Made by a program: the position numbers and the translations under genes
Part shown: positions 29,209 through 39,605 of the stretch, piece after piece
Layout of the letters: every line of letters begins with the position of its first letter
How positions within the stretch are numbered: position 1 is the stretch's first letter
Origin: Candidatus Woesearchaeota archaeon
GTDB taxonomy: Archaea > Nanobdellota > Nanobdellia > Woesearchaeales > UBA10216
Direction: 5' to 3'
NCBI GenBank assembly: GCA_016180195.1
Contig: JACPBS010000004.1
Location: 103,391-167,390 of the forward strand
DNA length: 64,000 nt
The notes under the pieces: model-generated
Database searches by the model: none
What the model was told of the DNA's origin: nothing
What the model saw: only the letters and a program-made list of their open reading frames with translations

Positions 29209-32200
29209 CTTATCCTTAGCTTTGCTGTCAGCTCCTTCCAGAGCCTGAATAACCTGTTCTCCTCATTTTTCTTTTCTGTTGCAACCCTGTACACCTGGCC
29301 ATCCCTTGCGCAGCTTCCGTCCTGGATCTGGCCTGTCTTTTCGCATATGTTGGCATCTGTATTGTATGCGATGGCCATTTTCGGTTTCTCTCCGCATTTG
29401 GCTGTTATGTTTCCGATAACTTTTTTTGAAGAAAATGATTTTTCCAGGTCAAATTCGTCCTTGTTCATTAAGTTCTCTCGCCATTTTTGCGGGCTTAGAG
29501 TGATCGGTACTGAGCTGTAGATGAACATTCTTGTCTTCCTGTCATACCATAGCCTGTCATTTACTCCTTGGCTACATGGCCTTATTGCTGTGGATGCGGG
29601 ATCAAGCCCATGCGTGCAGCCTTTGTCATAGTTTAACATTTCCTTTAGCTCTGTTTCGCTCGGGTCCCTGTTGAATGAGCCTGATATCGCAATCCTGCCT
29701 TCTGATGCCATTGCGCATAGGTCATTTATGCAGGGGCCGTCCCCTTTTCTGCATTCAACTTCAAGGTATCTTTCTGCTATTATGCTTCTGATAGGATACG
29801 AATAGCTGTTTAGGATTTCTTGGTATGTTCCGCATGAAACAGAATCATATCCCAGTTCTGAAAGTGTCCTTTTCCCCAGGGATTTCCTGTTCACCCAGTC
29901 TCCGTTTTCGCAGTATTTGTTTCCTGACAGCGAGCCTGAGTTTATGCAGCCGGCTGAGGAATCAAAGCATTGTGAGGGTCCGCAGCAACCTGTTGAGCAC
30001 GTTTCCGGGTCATATTTTACAAGTTCTCCTGTGTCGTCCCCGCAGCACAGCTTGGTTTCTTGGACCCATTCATTCGTGCGCAGGGTCGTGTCATGGAATA
30101 TCATTGCCCCATTCTGTTCGAGCTCGTTGTTTGCTTCAGCTAGGTCTATGTTATCAAATGCGTCTGGTCCGCTTCCATGGTCTATAAGCACTCTTTTTTT
30201 GTCGTCCCCGTATATTTTTGTGCCGTTCAGGTTTACGTAATCTATATACAGGTTCCTGTCTGAGCCCGGCCCTGCATTATAGTCGTTGGTAAAAACTACA
30301 GCCACTTTTTGGCCTGGCTTGAATGAAGGTACTGTGGCAAGGAAGGTCTTGTATTGTGGTGACTGGACAGTCCATTCTCCTTGTTTTTGCCAGGTTGAGT
30401 CTTTGGTCCAAAGCTGCATCACCGGCCATCCTTCTGCTTGTGTGCCTTTCGCTCTTACATCAATTGTTACCCGGGAATCTAGAGGGTTTCCAGATTCAGA
30501 TACATCATCTGCAAGTTCCCATGCACCGCATCCTGCGAAGTTCACCCCTAGGGGAAAGTTGCTGTTCATCGGGCACTTTCTGTTCCATGACCGTTGCTGG
30601 TCCATGTGCCTGAGCTTCTGCACAAGAAACAGATTTCCTGACCGGTCGGTGAATTTATACGATGCAATGGACGTGAATCTTGGGTCTGATGGTTCTGGTG
30701 TTGTTAGTTCAAGTGTTTCAAATGCGCCACACTCTTCCCATTTTATACCTTCGTTGTTGCTTGAGATCATGGGGCATTTCTGTACAGATCCTGTGTTGCC
30801 TGCTGAGTCTATGAAGCTTCTGACCAGGTATCTGCTGCCTGACCCGTCATAGAAATCGTATTCATCGCAGCTGGGGAACCTTTGGTTTTGTTGGCCGATT
30901 GAATCGTCTTTTAGGTCATGGAAAGTCCATGGTGTGCACGATTCCCATCTGATTCCGTTGTAAGGTTCTTTCATGCAGCTTGTTCCTAGACTTGAAGGCG
31001 AGTCCTGATTCGGCCTTACAGGCGGAGATGCTTCGGTTTTGTCGCCTGAAGAGGAGCAGGAAAAGCTTCCTCCATAAGACCTCCTTTTCAAGGAGTCATA
31101 TGTTGTTCCTGTTGGGGTTGCCTGCACGCTCCATCCGTAGTTGCTGCTCGGTGAAATGTAGGCTTTGAATGAGGTTGAAGCGGTTGTTGCTATGAAGTCT
31201 CCTGAATATTGGTCTCCGCATACCTGGCTGTCGCTGCACTCTGCGGGCGCCCATACATCCTGCTCCTTATTTACCCTAACTATATATGTTATCTGCGTTC
31301 GGGCATTGGTGACGTAAGCCCAGGAAAGTTTTGCGTTCACTATGTTTGAATTTTTTGCTATGCACTCGACATTCAGGGTGCTTGGGATTTCCGTGATCGA
31401 AGGACTTAGAACTGCATTCTCTGTTTTGACTCCTGATGCTGAGCATGAGAAGCTGCCGCCTCGTGTTCTTCTTTTTGAAGGGTCATATGTTTCCCCTGAA
31501 TGAACTGCCTGCACGCTCCATGAATATGTTTTTCCTGGCTCAAGGGCTGCTGTATGCTCTTTTGCTGAAACGTCCACCACAAAATCTCCGCTTCCGCCAA
31601 AGCCGTTGCATATTGCATTCGCATCGTTGCATGGCTCAGGGGCCCATACGTCCTGTTCTTTGTTGACCCGCAATATGTACGCTGTTGTCTGCCCTGTCTG
31701 CGGTGGTGACCATGAGAATGTTGCAGGATTATACTGGGGGTCTGCTAATGGGCAGTTTCTTTTCCAGCTCTTTCTTCCATCAGTATTTATCAGCTTTTGG
31801 GCGATATATGGGTTTGTATCCGTGCCTTGAAAATTATGTGAGCAGTATCCTGAGTACTGGGACGTGCTTGGATTTTCCGGGCCTCCTGTATGGTCAATTG
31901 TGTACCACGGTTCGCATTTCTGCCAGTCAATCCCGAATTTCCTGCTTCCATCAAGAGGGCAAATCCTGCCAAAGCTCCTTTGGCCATTATAGGAAACCAG
32001 GCTCTGGGCAACCTTAAGCGTCCCATCTCTGTTGGTGAACTGGAAAAATCCTTCTGCTATGTAGCCTTTTTTTGAATCTTCACAGGTGTTCTGGCATATG
32101 TCGGGATCTACCCCGCCATACGGGTCTCCATCACAGTCAAAGTCCGCAGGGCCGCAGTCCTCATCCGCTCCCGGGTGTGAAGCCCCTATGGTCTCGTCGC

Positions 32201-32951
32201 AGTCCCCGCCGCATAATGTATACCCATCTCCATCCGGGTCATAGTTATTATCTACTATCCCGTCGCAGTCATTGTCAACCCAGTCGCATGTCTCGGCTGT
32301 TGGCCCTAGCCCGTCTCCATCAAAGCAGTTGCAGTATTTGTTCACTGAACTCGGGTTGAGGTTTGGGTTGTTGTCATCGCAGTCGCCTGTTCTACCGCTG
32401 CAGCCTGCATCAACGCAGCAGCTTTGGGATCCGTCAGAGTCATCGTCCTTGCATGTGGTTGATACGGTTTTCGGCCTTACCCTGAACCATGTGTGCCTGC
32501 TGTCCAACCCGTACACCTTCACGACCGCTGTGCAGCCTTCTCCTCTCACATAATCAAACCCGCTTCTCCCGCCCCATATTGATGAATCCCACCATTCGCA
32601 TTCAAACCCTTCAGGAGGGGTTAATGTTATGGAGTTCAGGCCGTCTGGAACTGTTGCCTTGTAATATGGCTCGTCATTGCAGCCCCATTCCGCTTCAATT
32701 CCAGAAGCAATTACCCTCATGTCCCTGGAATTAAGGTAGGTTATTGGTGGAACTGCAGGGCAGCTTCCGGTTGTTTTCTGGAATCTTACATATTCATCAG
32801 ATGAAAGAACTACCCTTCCCATTACTTGGGCTGCAATTGCATCTGATGGCACAATAAAGGCTATTGCAATTATCAGGAACGCTGCAAAAATTTTTTTGTA
32901 CAGGAAGCCTAAATTATAGCAAACTCCCCTTCCCCTTTTTTCCATTTGCAC
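29205..32951 (-). CDS. Large secreted Cys-rich protein with MopE-like metal-binding repeats, internal repeats and a CBM60-like carbohydrate-binding module
   Basis: DCDDNNPNLNP, ETCDWVDNDCDGIVD; duplicated RVNKEQDVWAP units; AKGTQAEGWPVMQL...FTNDY...DRNLYIDYV. Confidence 0.8.
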   Translation of the reverse strand: MQMEKRGRGVCYNLGFLYKKIFAAFLIIAIAFIVPSDAIAAQVMGRVVLSSDEYVRFQKTTGSCPAVPPITYLNSRDMRVIASGIEAEWGCNDEPYYKATVPDGLNSITLTPPEGFECEWWDSSIWGGRSGFDYVRGEGCTAVVKVYGLDSRHTWFRVRPKTVSTTCKDDDSDGSQSCCVDAGCSGRTGDCDDNNPNLNPSSVNKYCNCFDGDGLGPTAETCDWVDNDCDGIVDNNYDPDGDGYTLCGGDCDETIGASHPGADEDCGPADFDCDGDPYGGVDPDICQNTCEDSKKGYIAEGFFQFTNRDGTLKVAQSLVSYNGQRSFGRICPLDGSRKFGIDWQKCEPWYTIDHTGGPENPSTSQYSGYCSHNFQGTDTNPYIAQKLINTDGRKSWKRNCPLADPQYNPATFSWSPPQTGQTTAYILRVNKEQDVWAPEPCNDANAICNGFGGSGDFVVDVSAKEHTAALEPGKTYSWSVQAVHSGETYDPSKRRTRGGSFSCSASGVKTENAVLSPSITEIPSTLNVECIAKNSNIVNAKLSWAYVTNARTQITYIVRVNKEQDVWAPAECSDSQVCGDQYSGDFIATTASTSFKAYISPSSNYGWSVQATPTGTTYDSLKRRSYGGSFSCSSSGDKTEASPPVRPNQDSPSSLGTSCMKEPYNGIRWESCTPWTFHDLKDDSIGQQNQRFPSCDEYDFYDGSGSRYLVRSFIDSAGNTGSVQKCPMISSNNEGIKWEECGAFETLELTTPEPSDPRFTSIASYKFTDRSGNLFLVQKLRHMDQQRSWNRKCPMNSNFPLGVNFAGCGAWELADDVSESGNPLDSRVTIDVRAKGTQAEGWPVMQLWTKDSTWQKQGEWTVQSPQYKTFLATVPSFKPGQKVAVVFTNDYNAGPGSDRNLYIDYVNLNGTKIYGDDKKRVLIDHGSGPDAFDNIDLAEANNELEQNGAMIFHDTTLRTNEWVQETKLCCGDDTGELVKYDPETCSTGCCGPSQCFDSSAGCINSGSLSGNKYCENGDWVNRKSLGKRTLSELGYDSVSCGTYQEILNSYSYPIRSIIAERYLEVECRKGDGPCINDLCAMASEGRIAISGSFNRDPSETELKEMLNYDKGCTHGLDPASTAIRPCSQGVNDRLWYDRKTRMFIYSSVPITLSPQKWRENLMNKDEFDLEKSFSSKKVIGNITAKCGEKPKMAIAYNTDANICEKTGQIQDGSCARDGQVYRVATEKKNEENRLFRLWKELTAKLRIR

Positions 32952-33039
32952 CTCGTCTTTGCAACCCTTTTTTTCAGTATTTAAATGTTATGTCAGCGAC
33001 TTGTCAAGTATTAAATATTGGAGCATTATCCTTTTTCGG

Positions 33040-33888
33040 ATGAGTGAAAGCAGGCTTTTTGAGGCAAAGGTAAGAAAGACCATAAGGCGTTTTGGCTTGT
33101 TCTGCAGGGATGATCGGCTTGTGGTGGCTTGCAGCGGTGGGAAGGACAGCACGGTTGTTCTTTCCATTCTTGGAAAGTTCGGGTATGATGTTGAGGCCCT
33201 GGCTGTTGATGAGGGCATTAAGGGTTATAGGGATTCCACGCTTGAGGATATTTCCGATTTTTGCAAGGATTCAGGGGTGCCTTTAAGGGTTGTTTCCTTC
33301 AAGGAAGAGTTCGGTCTTTCCCTTGACAGGATTGCCAGGAAAAAAGGGATAAGGCCTTGCGCTGCATGTGGCGTTCTGAGAAGGTACCTGATCAACAAGT
33401 TCGCAAGGGGCTATGATGCTGCAGTAACTGGGCATAACCTGGATGATGAGGCACAGTCCATTATCATGAATATAATGAAGTCTAATGTCCATTTGTTGCC
33501 GAGATTGGGCCCGAAAACAGGGCACGTTTTTGACAGCAAGTTCACGAATAGGGTGAAGCCTCTGTATCTTTGCCCGGAGAAGGAGGTTGCAGCTTATGCT
33601 TTCCGGAAAAAGCTTAAGATCAGGTTCACAGAGTGCCCTTATTCCGGGTCTTCATATAGGGCAGCTGTAAGGGATTTCCTTAACGGCCTGGAGGCTGAGC
33701 ATCCGGGCACGAAGTTGGGTATCATCAGTTCTTTCCTTAAGCTTATGCCCGCCCTTAGGAAACTTCCGATTTCAAAACAGTTAAATTATTGTAGTTGCTG
33801 CGGTGAGCCTGCAGGCAGGAGTGTTTGCAGCGCATGCTGCATTGTATTGGAAAATGTTCACGGATATTGTAAAGCCAGAAAACAATGA
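33040..33888 (+). CDS. tRNA 2-thiolation protein (TtuA/NcsA/Ctu1 family)
   Basis: PP-loop SGGKDS, CAACGVLRR, TGHNLDDE, ECPY, C-terminal Zn finger. Confidence 0.9.
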   Translation: MSESRLFEAKVRKTIRRFGLFCRDDRLVVACSGGKDSTVVLSILGKFGYDVEALAVDEGIKGYRDSTLEDISDFCKDSGVPLRVVSFKEEFGLSLDRIARKKGIRPCAACGVLRRYLINKFARGYDAAVTGHNLDDEAQSIIMNIMKSNVHLLPRLGPKTGHVFDSKFTNRVKPLYLCPEKEVAAYAFRKKLKIRFTECPYSGSSYRAAVRDFLNGLEAEHPGTKLGIISSFLKLMPALRKLPISKQLNYCSCCGEPAGRSVCSACCIVLENVHGYCKARKQ

Positions 33889-34366
33889 AATTGAGCTTTT
33901 CAGGATGGCTGAAAGGCTTGGTGTTAAGTCTCTTGCTCTTTATTACGAAATGCACCGTGACCTTTTTGATCTGCAGATGCAGACCCCGATAAAATTATGC
34001 ACAGCCGGGAAGTCTAAGGCTGATGTCATTGTGAAAATGTTCGGGGAACCCGGGCGGGCACAGATAATGATTGGCCCGGAGCATCAGCAGAAGCATTCCT
34101 TATATGCAGAACTCTCAAAAAAGAAAATTGCGCTGTGCTTTCCGCTTTCATCAATAATTGATTCAAAGCCAGAGAAGAAAGTATCGCTTGTGGAGAATTT
34201 CTCAAGGCATATCCGTCTTTGCAGGAAGCACAAGGTCAGGATCGTTGCCGCAACATTTGCTTCGGATCCTTATCATTTGAGGAGCGAGCATGACATAAGA
34301 TCGCTGCTGACTGTCCTGGGCATGGGGACAAGGGAGATCAAGGAAGCTTTGGACGGGTTATGTTAA
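33854..34366 (+). CDS. rnp3: RNase P protein component 3 (Rpp30)-like
   Basis: C-terminal 'IRLCRKHKVRIVAATFASDPYHLRSEHDIRSLLTVLGM' Rpp30 pattern; shortened. Confidence 0.75.
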   Translation: MFTDIVKPENNEIELFRMAERLGVKSLALYYEMHRDLFDLQMQTPIKLCTAGKSKADVIVKMFGEPGRAQIMIGPEHQQKHSLYAELSKKKIALCFPLSSIIDSKPEKKVSLVENFSRHIRLCRKHKVRIVAATFASDPYHLRSEHDIRSLLTVLGMGTREIKEALDGLC

Positions 34367-37300
34367 TGCCCTGCATGTTTCTGATATTGCGGGCCTTTCC
34401 GCCACATTCTTTGCGTAAGCGCATGTTGACACTCTCCTGTCAAATGGGGGTTTCTGCTTGAGCATGTTTCCTTCTTTTTCCCAATTGTTCTGCTTGAACG
34501 GATCAGTTGCTATGAACCAGCATACGGGTCCTGTCCAGTCATTCCATTCTGATGTCGCGGTCCTATAGCCTTTGAAAAGCCTGACTGCCTGCCTTGTTTC
34601 CTCCTTTTTTTCTTCCTGTGGGTTGTTCATGTCAAAAAGGGAAACTGCCGAGCCTCCGCTCTCTTTAATGTAGCTGTTAAGGTAATAGCTGAACTCAGTT
34701 AGCATAACCTGCTTGTTTTTCATCCTATTCCTATCAATCTGTGTTTGCCTGAATAGCCTTACCCTGTCAAGGCCCCAGCACCCGCCATTTACGAGATAGC
34801 TTACATCTGCCCCTGTATAAGGGCTTATTATCCTGCTGGACGGATCGCACTTGACATCAGGAAAGTCCAGGCTTTCCGGAGAAGTTTCAGAATAAGGATG
34901 CGAATTAACCCCGACAACATCAAAATAGTTCTCAATAAGCGGATCCGCCTCATAAAGCTTTTCAACAAAATCAAATTCGCTCATTGACAAATACATATTA
35001 TCAGAACTAGGATTCTTGCAAACATCCCAGTCCGGGTTATGTTTCTCGCAGTAAGCATTGAACATGATGGTTGACGTAGGCGCCAAACCTCCCATAATAA
35101 CCTTAGTGTCCGGATTTCCCGTCTTCACAGCTATGTACGCTACCTTAAATAACTCAGCGTATTCAGCAGGATTAGGCCCTTTTGATGACCACTCTTCCGC
35201 CAGGTTCGGCTCATTCCATATCTGCACATAATCAGGCTTATACCTGGACGTGAATTCCCTCACATAATTGCCAAAATCAGCAAACCTTGCCCTGTCCGGA
35301 CGGGTAGCAAAACCAGTATCATCACCTCTCCTAAAATTAGTATTGACCCCTTTCTCAGTCTTTGCCCAGCTAGGGGCGTATGATATTCGAGGTATTATCT
35401 TGAGCCTTTTTTCGTTGGCTCTTGCAAACCATAAATCGAAAAGTCCCCAATCATACTTTCCTGGCGCAGGTTCTCCTAAGCTCCATGGGAAACTTTGTTT
35501 AATGTACGTCGCACCTATCTCTCTTGCAAGCTCCAGCTGCTTGTAATCCTGCGGGTACCCTAGCTCAGTATGAAGGCAAAGCTTGTCTTTCTTAAGGTTG
35601 GCAGTTTGGCACGGAACTGAATAAATCCTTCCATTGCAGCAGTACATCTCTTTCCCTTCAATCTTCTGGTTTTCTGATTCGCAGGATAGCCATTTTTCCT
35701 GGTTTCCTGTGCATATGTAGTCTTTGCCTTTTGCCTCCATTATGGTGTCTTCGGTAACATGCTTGACTGTCGCGTCTTCCGCGTTTTCCTGTATTCCGTT
35801 TGAGTTGCATGTTACATAATGCATCTTTCCTTCAGGCTCTTTGTAACAGAGAAGATCGTAGTTTGTCTTTCTGTTTACAGCATAGGTTTTGCCGACTTTC
35901 GAATCGTCGCAGTATTCCCACTTCTCATTTCCGGAACTGTCAGTTCCCAAATATAATCTCTGCCCTTTCGTGTCAGTTACCAGCTTTCCTTCTGGCAGCG
36001 TGCTTTTTATGGGCGGGATTTCTCCTCCACCAAGGTCTCCAAGCTTTCCAAGATAAGCGTCAGCAGGATTGTCCGGGTATTCAACGGAACTTATGATGCC
36101 GATAGGTCTGAATGAGGAGCGGGCATGGTCATACATTGGGCAGCATGTTGATTTTAGCTGTGTCCCTTTGCTGCCTTTAAATTCCTTGACACAGAATCTG
36201 AGTGATGAGGCCCTGCCTGGCTCCCAGTAGGTTGATGCAGAATTCTTGGTCATCCTTAATGCTTTTCCGCCACATGCACATTCACCGTATTCAACTTCTA
36301 TCCTGAATTTTGCAGGATTGCCATTGGCATCTTTGTTTAGTTTATCCTCAAATACTGCATATGAGCCTGGAATAAGTGATGGCATGTTGTATCTGGAGTC
36401 CAATACGCTTTGGCCTGAAATTTGCCGGGGCGCATTGGCTTTGTTTTGAGTTGCGACCAGGCTACCGCTGACAGAACCTCTTTGGTTCATGTCGCGGGCT
36501 TGCTTCACTGAATCATCTCTTGAAAATGTCAGTTCGTCTGACCAGGGTATTGTTTCTATGTTTGGCTGGTCTATTTTTTCAAGCTTCTTTGAAACATCAA
36601 TGTTCTGGTTGCTTGCCTGAGGCCTCATCATGAACTTTACTGTTGCTTTGTCATCCAAAGCCCCAATCCATGCAGATGATTTTATGACAATATCTTGGCC
36701 TGCTATGAAGACAGGATACCCGTCGACAGTCCATACTTTGTTTGGATAGACCTGGATGAACCCGAAGTAGGGTTCGTTTTTCTCTGTTGTGAACCTGAGT
36801 CTGTAGCTTTCTTTTCCTGATAATATGATGTTTTTTGAAAGCGAACCATCTGGAAGAACAAAGTTGACACTGAGCTTTGATGGGAGGAACTCATATTTTC
36901 TTACACCTTCTGAGGTAAGCATGCCTTTATCAGGCGTGCTGCATGTTTGCTCGCATTTCCACCCTTTGCAGCCAACGCATTCTGAAGGATAGCTCATGCA
37001 ATCGTTCTTTTTCCAGCAGGTGTTCATGTCATTAGGTGTCCCGAATCTTGATACCTGCTTGATGTATATGGGCAGGTTGTCTCCCCATTCCCAGTCTTCC
37101 CTCAGTGAAGACCATTGATCTTTGAGTTCAGGCGGATTGCTTTTGTAGCCATCTTCTACATACCTTACAAGTATTAGGCCCCCGTGTTCAGGGGGTTTAA
37201 CATCCACGTGCCAGCCTGCTGTGTCTGATTTTCCGAAAGCATAGGCATTTTCTACCCAGGTTATCCAGTTTTGTGAAAACTCAACCATTCCCGGGCCTGG

Positions 37301-39292
37301 TACAAGGCCATAGTAATAGTGGTCGGGGTCATTGGTTGCGCTTGTGCTGCAAGCCAGTGGACCTTCACTTATCTGTGCAGTTTTTTCTTCCTTTTCAGGT
37401 TCTTCTGGTTTGGCAGTCGCTTTTCCGCAGGCACGGTTTGAACTGTACTTTCCTCCTTCACTGTATTCATGAATCTCGTCCAGTTTGATGTTCCTGTCGC
37501 GTTTTGATAAGAGTCTTAATTCTTCTGAAATATCAGGATCCGAAAACCCAACAGGTCTTCCTGACGAGACTCCGCTGCATTGCGGGAATATCGGGTTGTA
37601 ATTCTCATCGTTGTTCCTGCCGTATTTGCACAGATGATTTATTCGTTCCTGGACAGTGCAATCCTGGCCCGCAGCAGGCTTATTCGCAGGTTCTTTCTTG
37701 GCGCCACACTCTGTTTTGGATATCTGCCCTGTGCAGCAGTATATCCTGTTTTGTGCAGGTATTGCTTCCTTAAGTTCGCTGTCTGTCAGCTCTGTGAATG
37801 TCTTTTTCTGCTTTTCCATGGTCTCAAGAAGCTTTTCCCTGTCATAGTCTATTATCGCGTTTGTTGAGCCGCATATGCAGTTTGATACGATTTCGCCTTC
37901 CCTGCATGTGGGTAGCAGCCCATATCCTGTGAATTCTATTTTTCCGTTTGCCCCCGAGCAGTGCGCTTCCTTGTTTATTACATCCACCTCAACAATATTC
38001 GTTTTCCCTGTTTCTGCAATTTGCTCGATCTTTACAGCAAATTTTCCATCCTCGCCTTTTTCAAGCGGGTTTCCGTTGAATTTAACCTTGCATTCGTCAT
38101 CGCATTTGAGGTCCAGCTTTACTGGGTCTTTCTCATACACGCATACGTTGTTGCCGTCCTGCACGAATTTCATGTAAAAGTAGCCCTTGCCTCCTGCTTC
38201 AGATGCTGATTTATAGCCGTAAGTGTACTGCGTTTCCGGATTCTTGTCCCAGTCGCCATAGTAGCATTTGGGCTCTTCGAGTGAGTATCTTGAATCAATC
38301 TTGACGTCAACTCCTTGCGGCGCATAGAGGGCTCCATCGCTTCCCTCTATCCATTTTGGGGTGCAGGAGATTTTTTCCCTGCTGCCTGAGTAGCATGGTT
38401 CCCTGTAAAGCCATCCTGTATGGGTTACCTGTGGTGATGTCTTTTGCGACGGGCCACATCCTGCTGTGACTGCAAGCGGGCTGAAGTGCCTGATCCTTGC
38501 TTTTATTTTGTTTGCCGCAGCATCAACTTCGCTCTCTAGTCCGACCCACCTGCTGTTTTCTTCGTCATAGTACGCTATTGTTAGTGAGCCTTCTTCATCT
38601 CCGACCGGGATGTCATTCTCATCATATCCGATCGTGATTTCTGCATAAGGGTCGAATGTTGCTCCGTCAGGCTGCCCGTCATACACTGTTGATCCAACAA
38701 CTACCGCGTTGACCCTGTTGTCGAAATTCCTTTCCCTTAGCTTGAGTTCTATGCTTGAAAGCAAGTTTCCGTCCTTTTTTACAATGGCTCCGGTTGGCAA
38801 CCTTATCTCCGCTTTTCTGTCTGATGACCTTAATACGTTCCCTGTTGATATTTCCAGGTATGAAGTGATTTTTATCAGGTAGGAAAAGGAGGTTATGGTT
38901 TGGCCTTGGTCTTTTGCAGTTATTGTTATGGGGAATTTTATGCTTGAGAGTATAACTTCATCATTTGGCTTCATTTCAGACTCAGGATTTCCGGTTTTCA
39001 CATTGAATCCCTGTCTTTTTATCGCTGTGAAGTCAGCGCATTTGGGCAGTTCTTTTTCAATGTATTGTTCCTGAAGATCGCTGTTCTCGTCTTTTATAGG
39101 GTATCTTTCAATTGCTTCTAATGTTTTGGTTTCGAGGCATGACTCAACTATTGTCTTTGAGGCAAGCATGGCCTGGTCAATTCCAGGAGACATTCCAGTT
39201 TTCCTGTTCTGGAAAAGCAGCAGGAGCCCCACCAATAGGATAATTACAAGTCCTATTAAAATAAACACCGAAACTTGGCTTTTTTTGTTCAT
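34358..39292 (-). CDS. Giant pilin-like-anchored surface protein with C-terminal clan GH-A glycoside hydrolase domain
   Basis: KKSQ-VSVFILIGL N-terminus; EPAPGKYDW, QIWNEPN (acid/base), NSHPY, MLTEFSY (nucleophile). Confidence 0.85.
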   Translation of the reverse strand: MNKKSQVSVFILIGLVIILLVGLLLLFQNRKTGMSPGIDQAMLASKTIVESCLETKTLEAIERYPIKDENSDLQEQYIEKELPKCADFTAIKRQGFNVKTGNPESEMKPNDEVILSSIKFPITITAKDQGQTITSFSYLIKITSYLEISTGNVLRSSDRKAEIRLPTGAIVKKDGNLLSSIELKLRERNFDNRVNAVVVGSTVYDGQPDGATFDPYAEITIGYDENDIPVGDEEGSLTIAYYDEENSRWVGLESEVDAAANKIKARIRHFSPLAVTAGCGPSQKTSPQVTHTGWLYREPCYSGSREKISCTPKWIEGSDGALYAPQGVDVKIDSRYSLEEPKCYYGDWDKNPETQYTYGYKSASEAGGKGYFYMKFVQDGNNVCVYEKDPVKLDLKCDDECKVKFNGNPLEKGEDGKFAVKIEQIAETGKTNIVEVDVINKEAHCSGANGKIEFTGYGLLPTCREGEIVSNCICGSTNAIIDYDREKLLETMEKQKKTFTELTDSELKEAIPAQNRIYCCTGQISKTECGAKKEPANKPAAGQDCTVQERINHLCKYGRNNDENYNPIFPQCSGVSSGRPVGFSDPDISEELRLLSKRDRNIKLDEIHEYSEGGKYSSNRACGKATAKPEEPEKEEKTAQISEGPLACSTSATNDPDHYYYGLVPGPGMVEFSQNWITWVENAYAFGKSDTAGWHVDVKPPEHGGLILVRYVEDGYKSNPPELKDQWSSLREDWEWGDNLPIYIKQVSRFGTPNDMNTCWKKNDCMSYPSECVGCKGWKCEQTCSTPDKGMLTSEGVRKYEFLPSKLSVNFVLPDGSLSKNIILSGKESYRLRFTTEKNEPYFGFIQVYPNKVWTVDGYPVFIAGQDIVIKSSAWIGALDDKATVKFMMRPQASNQNIDVSKKLEKIDQPNIETIPWSDELTFSRDDSVKQARDMNQRGSVSGSLVATQNKANAPRQISGQSVLDSRYNMPSLIPGSYAVFEDKLNKDANGNPAKFRIEVEYGECACGGKALRMTKNSASTYWEPGRASSLRFCVKEFKGSKGTQLKSTCCPMYDHARSSFRPIGIISSVEYPDNPADAYLGKLGDLGGGEIPPIKSTLPEGKLVTDTKGQRLYLGTDSSGNEKWEYCDDSKVGKTYAVNRKTNYDLLCYKEPEGKMHYVTCNSNGIQENAEDATVKHVTEDTIMEAKGKDYICTGNQEKWLSCESENQKIEGKEMYCCNGRIYSVPCQTANLKKDKLCLHTELGYPQDYKQLELAREIGATYIKQSFPWSLGEPAPGKYDWGLFDLWFARANEKRLKIIPRISYAPSWAKTEKGVNTNFRRGDDTGFATRPDRARFADFGNYVREFTSRYKPDYVQIWNEPNLAEEWSSKGPNPAEYAELFKVAYIAVKTGNPDTKVIMGGLAPTSTIMFNAYCEKHNPDWDVCKNPSSDNMYLSMSEFDFVEKLYEADPLIENYFDVVGVNSHPYSETSPESLDFPDVKCDPSSRIISPYTGADVSYLVNGGCWGLDRVRLFRQTQIDRNRMKNKQVMLTEFSYYLNSYIKESGGSAVSLFDMNNPQEEKKEETRQAVRLFKGYRTATSEWNDWTGPVCWFIATDPFKQNNWEKEGNMLKQKPPFDRRVSTCAYAKNVAERPAISETCRALT

Positions 39293-39296
39293 TTTT

Positions 39297-39605
39297 TTAA
39301 ATGCAGTTAGGACCTGTCTTAATTTCTCCTTTGCAGCAAGTGATATAGTCGCCGTAATTTTTCCATGTCAATTGATCGCCACAATAGCAAACCGCACCCC
39401 CATCCTCTGGGTATTTGCTTATCGTTTCTCCTTCGAAGCAGTCATCATGTGGGCACCTGTCTGACCTTACCTCTTTTTCTCGTGACGGGCTTGGCCCAGA
39501 GGTTTTTTTTGCACAGCAGTATTGGCCCGGCTGCGCTTTCAGGTTTCCGCATAGGCATTCAGCGCTTGTAAGTCCATGATAGCAGTCATTCAGGGGCGGG
39601 TTCAT
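39297..39605 (-). CDS. Cys-rich ORF, probably the frameshifted C-terminus of 39602-43183
   Basis: No signal peptide; 12 Cys in 102 aa; joined in frame if the A10 tract at 39608-39617 becomes A11 or A8. Confidence 0.6.
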   Translation of the reverse strand: MNPPLNDCYHGLTSAECLCGNLKAQPGQYCCAKKTSGPSPSREKEVRSDRCPHDDCFEGETISKYPEDGGAVCYCGDQLTWKNYGDYITCCKGEIKTGPNCI

